From NCBI RefSeq assembly GCF_000981445.1, contig NC_027216.1, positions 434,001 to 498,000 on the forward strand: 64,000 bases of DNA, written 5' to 3'. Position 1 is the first letter of the stretch. The number at the start of each line of letters is the position of its first letter. A model generated the notes under the pieces. The model was not told the origin of the DNA. It was given only the letters and a program-made list of their open reading frames with translations, and ran no database searches. Below, piece by piece: positions 1 through 11,106 of the stretch. The position numbers were made by a program, and so were the translations under genes. Origin of the DNA: Babesia bigemina (lineage: Eukaryota).

Positions 1-666
1 AATATTAGCGCGCCGTTTTGATCTCCTGTAACCGACGGCTCTCAACACCTTTCTCAAACGCGTTCTCGTCTCACCATTCGACGGGTCCTTATTTGCCTCA
101 TCGCTTGCATCTTTCAAAGAACGTAGACCTGTGTATAGCATTGGTGCAATACCCACCAGGACCACTGCACAAGCCTCTGGGTCTTCAGCGCATGATGCCT
201 CCCACGTAGCTTCAGAACTGTAAGCCGACTTATATTCGTCAGGGATTTTCATATGCTTCAAAAACTTGTCGCAGCCATACACAACGAGGCCTAAGAATCT
301 CGCCATGGATTCAGGACTTAAACGCTTCAGCTTTATGATGTTATCATAATCGCCGTCGTTTTTGTGCATGAAACGTTTAAAGTGAATGTTAGTTTTATCC
401 ATAGGCCCATTGAACCTCCTGAGTAAGGTCTGCACAAATTCCTGGTTGTTAATATGTTTACGCTCCATAAACTCTTTAGTAATGACTTTTACCTCTTCCA
501 GAGCTGGTACCTTTGTCAAGCCAATAGGTTTGTCTGCGAGTAAATCGTAAAGTGCGGCAGCGATCGACTCCATGTGAGATCTGCAATCGTCTCCCCTCAG
601 AGCTACCAACCAGTCAATGCCCTCCTTGAGGTTGTGAGGAACCTCAGTCAACGACTTGTACACCAT
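1..666 (-). CDS. Short VESA1-N-terminal-like (ves2-type) Babesia multigene family protein, 3' end beyond the window edge
   Basis: Missing from the ORF track because it runs off the edge. Hand translation from ATG 666 is open to position 1: MVYKSLTEVPHNLKEGIDWLVALRG...YKSAYSSEATWEASCAEDPEACAVVLVGIAPMLY. The SLTxxPxNLKExIDW motif is the VESA1 N-terminal signature; clear paralog of 9423..10386. Confidence 0.85.
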   Translation of the reverse strand, partial: MVYKSLTEVPHNLKEGIDWLVALRGDDCRSHMESIAAALYDLLADKPIGLTKVPALEEVKVITKEFMERKHINNQEFVQTLLRRFNGPMDKTNIHFKRFMHKNDGDYDNIIKLKRLSPESMARFLGLVVYGCDKFLKHMKIPDEYKSAYSSEATWEASCAEDPEACAVVLVGIAPMLYTGLRSLKDASDEANKDPSNGETRTRLRKVLRAVGYRRSKRRANI

Positions 667-1339
667 TTTGATAATGATATGCTAAAATATGCGGTCGATA
701 TGCCTGTATGATTTGTGTCTAATAGCTAATAACCCGCTTCTATAATCAGCAGCGTACAACGCCGGATATGTATTGACCGCCGATGCGCACAACAGTAGTA
801 TTGACACCTATGCCTTCGCGTATTAATTACTGCTACGAAGGGGTCGGTACGGCGTGTAGGAGGAATACGGAGACGCAATTACAATCACGATACCCCATCT
901 CAGCCCCTCCATAGCACGAATCTGGAATGCGGTATCCACAACGCATGTCTTTGTCGTATGCAACTTTACGAAAGTTGTCACACATGCGGAACATGAAAAC
1001 GTCAACGGTGTTTACAACGATGCGTAGACGTTGGTAATGTCAAGATGGGTTACGTGTAGTAAGTTATAGTGCGATGACCTTTCGCCGGACCTGCTTAACA
1101 ACACACCAAAACGATGAAAAGGAATGAAAACACTCTGTACATCTTCTACCGTGATAATCACTGTCTTGTGCTGTATGTGGTTGCGTCACTTTTTGTTTCG
1201 AGCGTTCCTCGGCTAATAACAGCTACACGTTGAGTCACCTTACCCATAAATGAGGTCTTGTATCAGCGGGTTTTACGACACTTTGCGCATAACATCCGAC
1301 GAATATTTCCAGCACCACGGCTTCCTATAAGGATAATCA

Positions 1340-2310
1340 AGATTTATTTATCTGGTTATTATGCGTGGTGTTTTAACCGGTGCGCCGATTTGAGCCCTAA
1401 TGGTCCAGCTTTTATCCCCATGACATCCCAATGAACGTGACTGCTCAACCACGCGTCAGACGGTCTGGCAGGGCCCCGCATTCCATAAAGTGCAGCGACA
1501 CAAGCGATTTCGAACTGCGATTGTCTCCGTTCAATTAGCGATACCTTTCGGAAGTCCAGATTAGCTGGCATTTCAATTGAAGGTAACTATATAGCCTCAT
1601 TTCATTTCTCATGTGCCATATATCCAACTGAATAAGATCGTAATTCATGTTCAGAAGGTAACCGTATATCGAAATATTTACCACAAAAATGCTGGCCTCT
1701 GGCTGGCAACCCCGCCCTCATTCGGGTTCTTACTGGGCATACAGGTGGGATGTTATATACCCACATAATGACTTCTGACCAACATAGCTGATGTTCAATG
1801 ACGCTGCTGTGATAAAATGTGAATCCAACATATGTGCCTGCAACATCCCTCATACCCACGTATTGGTATGTTAGCCCTCCCATCCTATCCGGCCTTGAGC
1901 TGTCACTATGTTCAATGGGAGATAAAAACCGGCAGTTCGCAATTACAAATGTGATTCATTCTAGTATTATAGAGAATATTGTGTGGCTCTCTGTTAAGGT
2001 TTGATGAGCAAACCAATTCACCTCAGCATATACTAGTACGGCTGCTCCAATGTGACCAGCCACTCCACCCTGGTCACATATCAACATCAGTGGATTTGCT
2101 GAAATAGAGTGACAGGTCGCACATATCATCCATTTTTGTTTGTAGAAGACATTGCGGAATTTTTGATTCGTGAAAATATAAGGAGCCGTCTGTACTGCAT
2201 TGTCTTGATTTAGGTTGCACAACAAAAGTTTTTACGACCTCGTTACAATGTATGTTATTGGATGGATAAATGTGATTTACACTAATTATGAATAACTGTA
2301 TTAACACAAA
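1340..2310 (-). pseudogene. Possible degenerate remnant of a secreted cysteine-containing protein gene
   Basis: ORFs 1956..2225 and 1602..1883 share one frame, broken by a single TGA at 1956-1958. Hydrophobic start MLIQLFIISV at 2307 is in another frame. VGFTFYHSSVIEHQLCWSEV loosely resembles a 6-Cys strand/Cys pattern. Confidence 0.3.
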
Positions 2311-2445
2311 AAGATGTTCAGCTCGAGGCAGACTAGCGTGTAGTATCCTAAACGATTTGTTGCTCTGATATCTTCAGACACCAACACGAACTATGACAAT
2401 TAAACTCTGTGATTGACAAACGAGTTACCAAATATGAGATACCCA

Positions 2446-3332
2446 TTACTTGGCGTAGTAATGCTCGATCTGGATGGTAGACAGGACGACACCCTTGATG
2501 GTCACGCAGCGGCACTCCAACGGTGGGGTCTGGCGCAGAGTCTCGTATGGCCCTACAACTGAACTATATATACGCACGGTTACGAAGTGATTGGAATGTA
2601 ACGCTGCCAAAGATTGGCTGACGTCACTCAAGTTCTTCACTTCACCCTCCACTAACACTTGGTAGAAGCAATTGGGCGGGTCCAGGACGTACGGTACTGG
2701 GCAGTAGAACGCCGCTTCTTTAGCAGTCTTAAAATGGTAGAAGCACATTTCTTTCGTTCAGACAAAGCACTCCCAAGCCAAGTCCGATCTTTGATGGTTC
2801 CTCGGTCTATGGTGTCTTCGCAGTCCAAGGGAAAGCTTGCATTTCGGCGAAGACATGGCGTTGGGAAAGTTGACGCCGCACTGCGTCACTCAGAACACAA
2901 TCTTGCGGTCTACAGATGAATATCAAACGGCGCTCGGCCATCGTAGACAATTCATCTGGTGGCATCACAACATGCATTTCCGTATGTGATCCACTGGATT
3001 CAAACCATACGATATCACGCCCAGATTCATTGTGTGTTACGCACGAAGTAGCGACGAAACAAAACTCACTATTGTTGATCACGTACGCATTGACCTGAAA
3101 CGCTGCATCTGCAGTCGGTTAGGGATGCCAGCCATGCACGTGGTTGACCCGACGAGGGCATATGGCAGTTGTTACGATGGAGTTTCCAGCATCCTTTTTG
3201 CACGCGATGAGCGAATTGTCGCTATGTAATTCATTTGTATATCCGAAATCACAAGAAACTCGCCTAGACATTATCGTAGAGAGCATTACTGCGCAACGTG
3301 CCAACGGAGCTCACAAATTTGGCCATTGTCAT
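2446..3332 (-). pseudogene. Babesia 6-Cys (s48/45-like) family pseudogene with an internal deletion
   Basis: One frame reads SCDFG...TAICPRRVNHVHGWHP*...VWFESSGSHTEMH...RRLIFICRPQDCVLSD...FPWTAKTP*TEEPSKIGLGLGVLCLN (stops at 3119-3121 and 2807-2809). Near 2730 it jumps frame into the family C-terminus KEAAFYCPVPYVLDPPNCF...PPLECRCVTIKGVVLSTIQIEHYYAK*. Probable start (ATG 3332/3326) is frameshifted near 3300. Family recognised from memory. Confidence 0.7.
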
Positions 3333-6216
3333 AATTTTCGCTTCAGACGATAACTTGCAACCGCAAAAATCATTAAAAAAGGTGCTAAACAGCATAAATA
3401 TTATGGGTATGCTAAAACAAAAAAATCGACAATTTATTGTTTGTGACAAGAAAAGACACCGAGAACCAACCCCACGTCTGCAGCCGGCTCACTGCCACAG
3501 AATTTTCCTACACGGGTCCAACATAACAGTCAGTAAATGACTCTGTTGTGTCATACAGATACCTTAACGTTTTAATACTTGCAAAATTATTAATGCAAAT
3601 TATGACATCAATATCGGTACATGGCCGCATCCCCTCTTTCCATTTCCGTGAGTCGCCTCTCAAAAGTCCAACGAAGATAATCCACCAGTCATAATACGGG
3701 AGCATCGACGCAAGAACATCGTCACGATGGTCGAAACAAAAATAACTAATGAAAAATACACGGTCAAGTTTGGAATGTGCAAGTCGTGGATGTACGACTA
3801 CCCCGTGATGCGAATGAAATGCTGGCAATGCAGCCGACGAACGATGCAAAATGTGATACAGTTATGATTGCCAGAGTGATTCTAAAGCTGTGACGGAGAG
3901 TCACCGGATGCGGCAAGACGGGCGCGTTCGTAGGAGACCACGGAGTCCGAGGGTATACCGATGCTGGGTGTGCAATCTTACCACAGCATATGAAGATTCT
4001 CCGTTATCAGTAGCAGTTACCGAAACGGTAAGCAGCTATTAATGGCACAATGTGCGGACTATGGGTCAGCAAATGTGGATTTGCAGTCGGCCGCTGTTCA
4101 CCACGGGGATGTAGGAGACTGGTTTCCCACGGTAACTGCTGAAACCGGACGCACAGTACCAGCCATTATATGAGCTAATATATCGACCAGCGATGCTAAG
4201 GAGTAACAATGGCAGCATGAGCTAGAGGAGGCAGGACATTCTGGTTGCGACGTCTTGGAGCCGCTGGGACTCTCTACTACATCATTAATAATCCGAGGCG
4301 CCCATTGCCGGACTTGTAGAGGTTATGTACGGAGGAAAGCAATAGGAGCGTTGTCACAGGACAATGGACAGGACAAGCGCACCGGACAAGACGCCTTTGC
4401 GAGAGTCGCAGTTACAGGTGTCCCAAGCTTTACAACGCAGAGAACCGGAGCCGTAAAATTGCCCGACACTTGGACTACACGCACACTAGACACCCGCATT
4501 AGTATCTGCCTGCTACATCGGCAGTCAGACAGGCAGCCCCGCAAAGTTTTGATAACGTAAGCTGATGGTGGTACCAGTTGGGTAAAGCGGACACTTGATT
4601 ACCGCTTTAAAGGCCGACAATGCTATAATTGTTTATGTATACGCTGTATGACTCGCCGATGTTGTGAAATGCATTTTACCACCCTGTCTCAGGGGTGCAC
4701 GAGACAGTGGGTAAGCATGTCTGCACCGCACACTCCACTGCACTGTACACAGAAGGAATATAAACATCTCAATGTACTTTCCTTTATTATCTTCCTGACA
4801 AGTGTTGCAAACTGTAATACGCGCGCGTGTAACTCGCAATGTGCAGGATCTAGCGTTGTATTAGTTAAGTAACATGCGTACATGAGACAGCGGACGTAAC
4901 TGCTGCCTTGGAAGCTGTAAATGGCCATCATGAATCAGCAAAGTAATCAGTCTGACAGGCGAGTTTAGATGGTCCAGTGTCTAACGATGTTTCCGGAGGT
5001 TGCGGCTAGAAATCGCATCGAACCTTGGCATTTGCAAGATGTTGAGTGACTCATTCTCCAGTAAGTGCATCATAGCGATCGTCTATTGCACGCACGGTCA
5101 CTGATTTCATTTATCGCAGCTTGAGACGGCCGTTCCAGTCTAGAGGAGGTTTCGCACCCGGTGTATTCGGGCCTGCATCCTACACGTTGTCCTCTACGGT
5201 GGCGGCCAATGGGAGAGGTAATTGCGGTTAAATATGTTACAAAGCATTTATCAGGCGTATAGTTTATTGCTTCGAATACGCGTTCAAAAGTGTCGATACG
5301 AGTCAAGTTCGACTTCATGGATCGCCTCCGAGACGACCACTCCGTGGATCCACAACTCTTTGCGATCCGCCATTCTGGCACTCTCGGGATATCGTATACA
5401 TTGATGATTTCAATCGGCTAATCAGCCATCACCGATCGCAGTATACTCTTCGCCGCGTCGGTGGCAGGAGCAAGGCCTGAGGTGACACCCGAGATTGTGG
5501 CAATGGCAATTTCAAAGTATCTACTAATTGGGCGATTGCGACATTTAAATTGTATGCTATAAACCGCTACACCACGGTCGGATAAGTGGAGTTGATGGGT
5601 TGCGTTGAGCAGGCCGTCAGGCACTTGGAATGCTGAGTGAATGCCGCAGGTTGGTCAATGTTTGAAGTTTCGGAGTGGCAAGGTAGTGCACCCGTTTAAC
5701 CACCTGTGTTCTGTGTTCACGATATGCAGGTGAGTGTTCGGATTGCTAGAGTGTGTGTACGCGTGTCTATGGACGTCACCATGCCTCATGTCTGGACACC
5801 TCCCAATGTGCCTACGGGGCTACGTGGTTACGGGCCTTATTTATATTCGACATTGGGATGATTGCTGCCTCCCTGATCCAGAGCGGAATGTCAAGTGGTA
5901 GCTTGGGAGCGCTTGTAGGGCAGCTGGCCGTGGAAATTGGCCCCTACTGTGAGGCGTGTTCTGTTGACCGAATCTAATCATTACTCTCTCATTATATAAA
6001 CGTGAGTTAATTTTGCTATAAAATATACTTACAAACTAGCGCGTACATACATCTGTCAGCGGTGAATACGACGTGTTTTGAGGGCGGCTAGCTTCAGGAA
6101 CACGATTCGAGAGCACACGTCGACGACAGTCTGTCTTTCGTTTGAACAAAACCATTTATCTATACATCCGTGGCCAATTATTTCGCATCACTACGTTTGA
6201 ATCGATTGCGTGCGAG

Positions 6217-7545
6217 ATGGCGGATTCTTCAGGGGACAAGCCAACCCACCTGCCAACGACTATTTCTATCGGTAAGGGTGAGGAAGGAAATGAAGGTATC
6301 TGTGGGACCTGTAAGGGTAGCACAAATATAGAAAATAAGGGCGCTAATGTCGGTAACATGGGCTCACAAGTAGCTGGTGCAAGCGACATACTCACGTCAC
6401 AAGCAGCGGTTACAAGCGACATACTCGCGTCACTAGCAGCGGGTATAAGAGACATACTCGCGTCACAAGCAGCGGGTATAAGAGACATACTCGCGTCACT
6501 AGCAGCGGGTATAAGAGACATACTCGCGTCACTAGCAGCGGGTATAAGAGACATACTCGCGTCACAAGCAACGGGTGCAAGCGGCATACTCGCGCCACCA
6601 TCAGCTGGTGCAGGCGGCATACTCGCGTCAGAAGCAGCGTATGAAGGCAGCGCAATCCCGCCACGAGAAGCGTATGAAGGCCACCGATTCTCGTCACAAG
6701 AAGCGGCTATAAGAGACATACTCGCGTCACAAGAAGCGGGTATAAGAGACATACTCGCGTCACTAGCAGCGGGTATAAGAGACATACTCGCGTCACTAGC
6801 AGCGGGTATAAGAGACATACTCGCGTCACAAGCAGCGGCAACAAGCGGCACACTCTCGTCAGAAGCAGCGGGTATAAGAGACATACTCGCGTCACTAGCA
6901 GCGGGTATAAGAGACATACTCGCGTCACTAGCAGCGGGTATAAGAGACATACTCGCGTCACAAGCAACGGGTGCAAGCGGCATACTCGCGCCACCATCAG
7001 CTGGTGCAGGCGGCATACTCGCGTCAGAAGCAGCGTATGAAGGCAGCGCAATCCCGCCACGAGAAGCGTATGAAGGCCACCGATTCTCGTCACAAGAAGC
7101 GGCTATAAGAGACATACTCGCGTCACAAGAAGCGGGTATAAGAGACATACTCGCGTCACTAGCAGCGGGTATAAGAGACATACTCGCGTCACAAGCAGCG
7201 GCAACAAGCGGCACACTCGCGCCACAAGCAGCGTATGAAGGCCACCGATTCTCGTCACAAGAAGCGGCTATAAGAGACATACTCGCGTCACAAGAAGCGG
7301 GTATAAGAGACATACTCGCGTCACTAGCAGCGGGTATAAGAGACATATTCCCGTCACTAGCAGCTGTTGCACCCCCCCCATTCATTCCACAAGTGCCTGT
7401 TGCACGCCGTGAATCCTTGCCACAAGAGGCTGTTGCAGGCGCCACACCCTCATCAGAAATAGCGGGTGCAAGCGGCAAACGTCCACACGCAGAGGTAACA
7501 AGAGGCATACTCGCGTCAGAAGAAGCGATTAGAGGCCGCGGCTAA
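6217..7545 (+). CDS. Repeat-rich hypothetical protein with 11-aa repeats (AAGIRDILASL/Q); possibly truncated, frame continues to 7980
   Basis: ATG at 6217 (MADSSGDKPT) in ORF 6142..7545. After TAAs at 7543 and 7555 the same frame stays open to 7980 with an acidic tail. Confidence 0.6.
   Translation: MADSSGDKPTHLPTTISIGKGEEGNEGICGTCKGSTNIENKGANVGNMGSQVAGASDILTSQAAVTSDILASLAAGIRDILASQAAGIRDILASLAAGIRDILASLAAGIRDILASQATGASGILAPPSAGAGGILASEAAYEGSAIPPREAYEGHRFSSQEAAIRDILASQEAGIRDILASLAAGIRDILASLAAGIRDILASQAAATSGTLSSEAAGIRDILASLAAGIRDILASLAAGIRDILASQATGASGILAPPSAGAGGILASEAAYEGSAIPPREAYEGHRFSSQEAAIRDILASQEAGIRDILASLAAGIRDILASQAAATSGTLAPQAAYEGHRFSSQEAAIRDILASQEAGIRDILASLAAGIRDIFPSLAAVAPPPFIPQVPVARRESLPQEAVAGATPSSEIAGASGKRPHAEVTRGILASEEAIRGRG
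6375..7365 (+). repeat. 33-bp tandem minisatellite with a 396-bp higher-order duplication
   Basis: Unit gcagcgggtataagagacatactcgcgtcac(t/a)a is repeated many times. The variant block (ccaccatcagctggtgcagg...gaaggccaccgattctcg) recurs at an offset of 396 bp = 12 x 33 (antisense ORF starts at 6697 and 7093). Confidence 0.95.
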
Positions 7546-9422
7546 CTTTCACCGTAAGCGGGTAACGGCGCCGGCAAAGGTGATTCAGAAGCAGGATCTA
7601 AGGGTATATGTCATAAGGCTTTGCGTGGTGTCTGTATCCGTATAAAGAAACGTTTCCGTTTTCGTAGTGAGTATGACCGCAACTCTAGCAGCACTTCTGA
7701 GAGTTGCGGTAGTAGAAATATGGAACAGGTTATCATTGACACTGCCAACTATGCCGAAGACATAAGCACTTGTGTCAAGCATATTGAGAAGAATGCAGAC
7801 CGGATGATTCATTTTGGACCTCCCCCCCAAAAGCACCATTCAGAACGTGACAAAAACGACAATGCGCGTGAAGACGTGGAACAGAGTTCAAACGACACGT
7901 TTAGTGCAGGCAGTGAGGATGGTACAGAGGATCTTCCGCCTGAAGAAGACCATAATTCTGAGAGTGAAGGAGGCTTGTAAATAGCTCTTTGCACCCGCGG
8001 GAATCGCCACGTGAAGGTGGCAGCGTGGGCACGAACTATTCGACAGCCTGGATGAAGAAAAGACGGGGACGACGTTCACGCAGTGCTTCCTACCCTCCTT
8101 GTGCACTTCACCCTTGCTGTACACGCTTACATCCAGTAATAACAAGCGCATATCACCTAAGCAGCAACTAGAAAGTAATGTAATACATGAATGCGTCGGT
8201 TTATTTGTTTATGCTCTGGTCTGGCGATCGCTAAAGTCGGCAGCACGACAACGCCTTGTAAGATTCGGTGACGCGTCCGCCAGATGAATGTACGGAATGC
8301 GAATGATTGTTTGAGTACCCATGTGATGTGATATGTCGTGTCTCTTGAGGAATCGATATGAATCTACTGCATCTTAATCCTACACCGTGGTTCACACAGA
8401 CCGTTGTTAGACCATTAGCGTGGTATATGGGTGCGGCGGAAACGTGGCAGCCTGAACTGGAGGCATGACCTTCAATTGAAATCCAAATGAGCTCACATTG
8501 GTATGGGCAAACGATATATGGGAATGTGTACAACTGCGGTTCAGGAATCCCGCCGTGGAAGATTGCGTCAAATTTCGAGATTCCCTCAGGCTTTATAGAA
8601 CGTCGCATAGGAGCTGCAATGTTCCGCAATTAACACCTACTAGTAGAGCCGTACGATTAGGTTACAAACCAACAAACTATTCCCCCAAGAATACACATGT
8701 GAAGGACGCACATACACACAAGATCGTACGCATACACACAGCAGTACCTAAACTAATTGTGCACTAGACTCTGCAGCAACCGCCGATCACCGCTGATATG
8801 ATGCCTGATTTATAGGGAAGGCGACCAACGGTGCCATCGTCTGAAGTTGTTACATGCCAAGAAACCTTAGGAATCGCAGTTGCCGCAATCACCTAAAGCA
8901 GAAAACAATTACGATGCGCACGTTAGACAGTAGAAGAATCGTCTGACTCCGTCACCGAATGATTGCGAGGTCGATCAACAGCGAGTAACGCGCGACTCCA
9001 TAAGCGCAGCAACACACCACTTGCAACATTGTTGAAATATCTACACATTGTCACACATTGATTCAACATGCAGAGCTACTGTATACGCCCTTTTTGGCTA
9101 AAACTTATGCACGTCTATCACTCGCGCTTTACATAGTACATGCCACGCTTATTGTCTAGAACTGGCTGCGATACGGCACTTGGGTCGCCGTTGCTTTGCC
9201 TAGGTCTGCCTCGTTCGCATTAAGAAGAATTCGCATACCGTGCTAAAGCGCATATGTATTAGAAGGCAACAACACTTGTCTTGTCCTTCCCCGCTATTAC
9301 GACATTACCTCCATTCAGTGTTCCTATTACATACGCGGGATCTTCGCGACGCAATTAGTAGATAGGCACGATATTCACACGATTTCATTACAATAATTGC
9401 GTAATTTAACTAACCCTTCAAA

Positions 9423-10386
9423 ATGGTATACAATTCGTTGACCAATGTCCCTCGCAACTTCAGGGAGCCCATTGACTGGTTGGTGGCCGTCAAGGGAGAT
9501 GATGCTAAAAGCAACGTAGCAGCATTGTGTGCCGCACTCTTCAGTTCCCTGGCAGACAAAACTGTTGACAAGATGGAGATGCCGGCCCTCGAAGATGTTA
9601 AACATGTTACTAAAGTTCCTGGATCAACCGGAGCTTGGGAACCAGTGGTTCGTAGGAGGGCTGGTTAAACGGTACAACGACCTTATTAATAAATCACCTG
9701 GAGGGTTAGCTAAGTACTTTCGGGTTGTTGACGAATCCGATGAGAACGTCGTAAAGGGCAAGGGTATCACTGCTGGAGCCATTGTGGAGAACCTTGGCAA
9801 AGTTGTTCATGGTACCGAGATATTCTTGGATGATATTAAAAGCCCAGGCGAGTACGAGTCTGCTTACAGTTCAGAGGCTACGTGGAGTAAATCATGTACC
9901 CAAAAGCCGGAAGATTGCGCAGCTGTCTTCGTGGGTATTGCGCCCATGTTACGGGCAAGCATATCATCTTTGAATGCTGCTGTGTTTGCTGCGAAATTGA
10001 GATTGCCGCCGTTTATTGCTTGTAAGCGTATGCAGCAGTTGATACAAGCATTGGGTTACGTCGAGCCACAACGCCGCGCTGGCATGAGTGGGTTTGATGT
10101 CCCCAAAGCGTTGAGAGGTCTATATTTACGAACACTGATAACGCTATGCGACTTCACAGGATTCTGGGCTTTCTGTGGATCGAATAATCCTGATTTGGGA
10201 GCTGGTAAACATGGAAACTATCCGGTATCGGAAGTTGATTTTGACGTTAACATGAAGCCCATAGACGCTTCCATGAAGATAGGATTCCGCTGACCGTCTA
10301 GCACATACACTGCGCTCGGGTCGGGTAACATGTATTATCCCGGTACGCCCACAGTATCTGATTTAGGAGCGGCTATTCCACTTTGA
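9423..10386 (+). pseudogene. Frameshifted short VESA1-N-terminal-like (ves2-type) gene
   Basis: MVYNSLTNVPRNFREPIDWL...PALEDVKHVTK shifts at ~9615 (AAA G TTC, versus AAA GAG TTT in the paralog at 1..666) into FLDQPEL...YESAYSSEATWSKSCTQKPEDCAAVFVGIAPML...GFWAF. TGA at 10291 is followed by 30 more open codons to 10386. Confidence 0.8.
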
Positions 10387-11106
10387 TGGGCTACATGTCA
10401 TGTTTATTCGGCTTGTCGTAGGGCCTATTCTCACACCGCTTATTAAGTATGTGTTGATATAAGTGTAAATCCCCTACGCCTATTGTTGTAAACTGCTAAT
10501 CGGTTAAACTAATAAGTACAGCAGTAAGCAATGCCGTGGACGTATTTATAAGCTTATTCGTGGCCGTAGTGCAGGATTCCGCCCGGCAATCCGCCCATAT
10601 CGGTAAATAGTGGGAATGTTTGACAAGCCATCCGTATGTCTGAGGAAGACCATCGTCATCGTGCATATCGGAATGACTAATCAAAACCATCTTGCGTGAG
10701 AGACATGAGGCATCTGAACCACGTAGACGGCGGAGTATCTCAAATGTACAGTTTCGAACCAAGTGCCGAGTTTCAATACGCCAATCCATCCGACGTGGAA
10801 CACGAAACCCAGGCTACTATGACTGTGAATAGTCACATTGCCCAGAAAGGGTGGATACCATCACGGATTGGACGCCTAATATTCGTAATCAGCACGACGT
10901 TGAGCTGGCAGCGTCCTAGGCTTTAGTGCCTTAAATTCCGTAAATCAAACGTAGCCATTGATAGTCAGATAGCCCACTATACGACTTGCAACATTTAACA
11001 ATGGCAACCCCCGAAGCAACGTTGAATGTTATCAATGAATGAATACTAAAATGGTATTAACATTATGACTACGGATGTTTTAAGTCTGATAAAGCTCCGA
11101 CCGACT

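Noticed and set aside
3500..6100. Scattered 60-110 aa ORFs here and in 8000-9400, 10400-11000 and 32250-33400
   Set aside because: No motifs or consistent exon chains could be built by eye; left uncalled.
6156..7508. 450-aa antisense ORF over the 33-bp repeat, and a superficially CRISPR-like array
   Set aside because: Stop-free repeat units keep several frames open. Units are directly adjacent with no unique spacers, the host is a eukaryote and there are no cas genes.
666..9423. Head-to-head ves-like pair as a B. bovis-type locus of active transcription
   Set aside because: The genes are short, about 8.75 kb apart rather than sharing a compact bidirectional promoter, and one is frameshifted.
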